A stretch of DNA of 64,000 nt from positions 2,914,001 through 2,978,000 of the forward strand of contig JAYWIR010000001.1 of NCBI GenBank assembly GCA_036172245.1, written 5' to 3'. This stretch comes from Raillietiella orientalis (taxonomy: Eukaryota). The notes under the pieces were generated by a model. It made no database searches and had not been told where the DNA came from. It saw only the letters and a program-made list of their open reading frames with translations. The first letter of the stretch is position 1. Each line of letters opens with the position of its first letter. Made by a program: the position numbers and the translations under genes. Positions 63,701-64,000 of the stretch are shown one piece after another.

Positions 63701-64000
63701 CTGTTTGAGCACGAACCAAATCATCTCTTGGTTGCCAGGTTCCCGCACTAATAATAACTCGCAGGTGTGCTCTTGGAAAAGAAGTGAAGAGCCAGTTCTG
63801 GATGTTGGCTCTCACATCGTTGTCTTGAATTCTTCACAACTGTTGTGGAGTTCCCTAGGAGGTGTCAAAGTCACTCGCCTCTTGTCCCGAAGCACCAAGT
63901 CGGGACTTTGGGTTGACTTCATGCATGGGTTGAGGATGCCTGCATCAGAAGACTGACAGCAGTCTCTTGATCCGGATTACTAGGTTGTCATACCTGCAGA

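Noticed and set aside
60850-64000. Possible TE or gene remnants with 200+ aa ORFs
   Set aside because: No diagnostic motif recognised; probably decayed repeat, left unassigned.
1-64000. CRISPR array, operon or other prokaryotic system
   Set aside because: Spliceosomal gene structure, microsatellites and retroelements show eukaryotic DNA; no repeat-spacer periodicity.

Overview
Eukaryotic, most likely arthropod, genomic DNA; no prokaryotic features. The minus strand carries the 5' part of a phospholipase C-beta gene of the norpA/PLCB4 type. I traced 14 phase-consistent GT-AG exons by hand from the ATG at 34788 to the window edge (PH, EF-hand, X and the start of Y), plus a probable extra cassette exon in the X-Y linker. 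Introns and upstream DNA hold decayed LINE reverse-transcriptase/endonuclease relics and at least 9 copies or fragments of a ~0.7-0.8 kb SINE-like family with a tRNA-like head, a hairpin-rich (UUCG/GNRA) core and a conserved 3' stem-loop. Other highlights are a retroposed unit carrying the 28S rRNA sarcin-ricin loop region, a near-identical 1.5 kb inverted copy of the gene's upstream region inside intron 6, a 142-bp-arm foldback, and identical tracts inside otherwise diverged repeats. Most ORF-track ORFs are spurious. All alignments were made by eye and no database searches were run.
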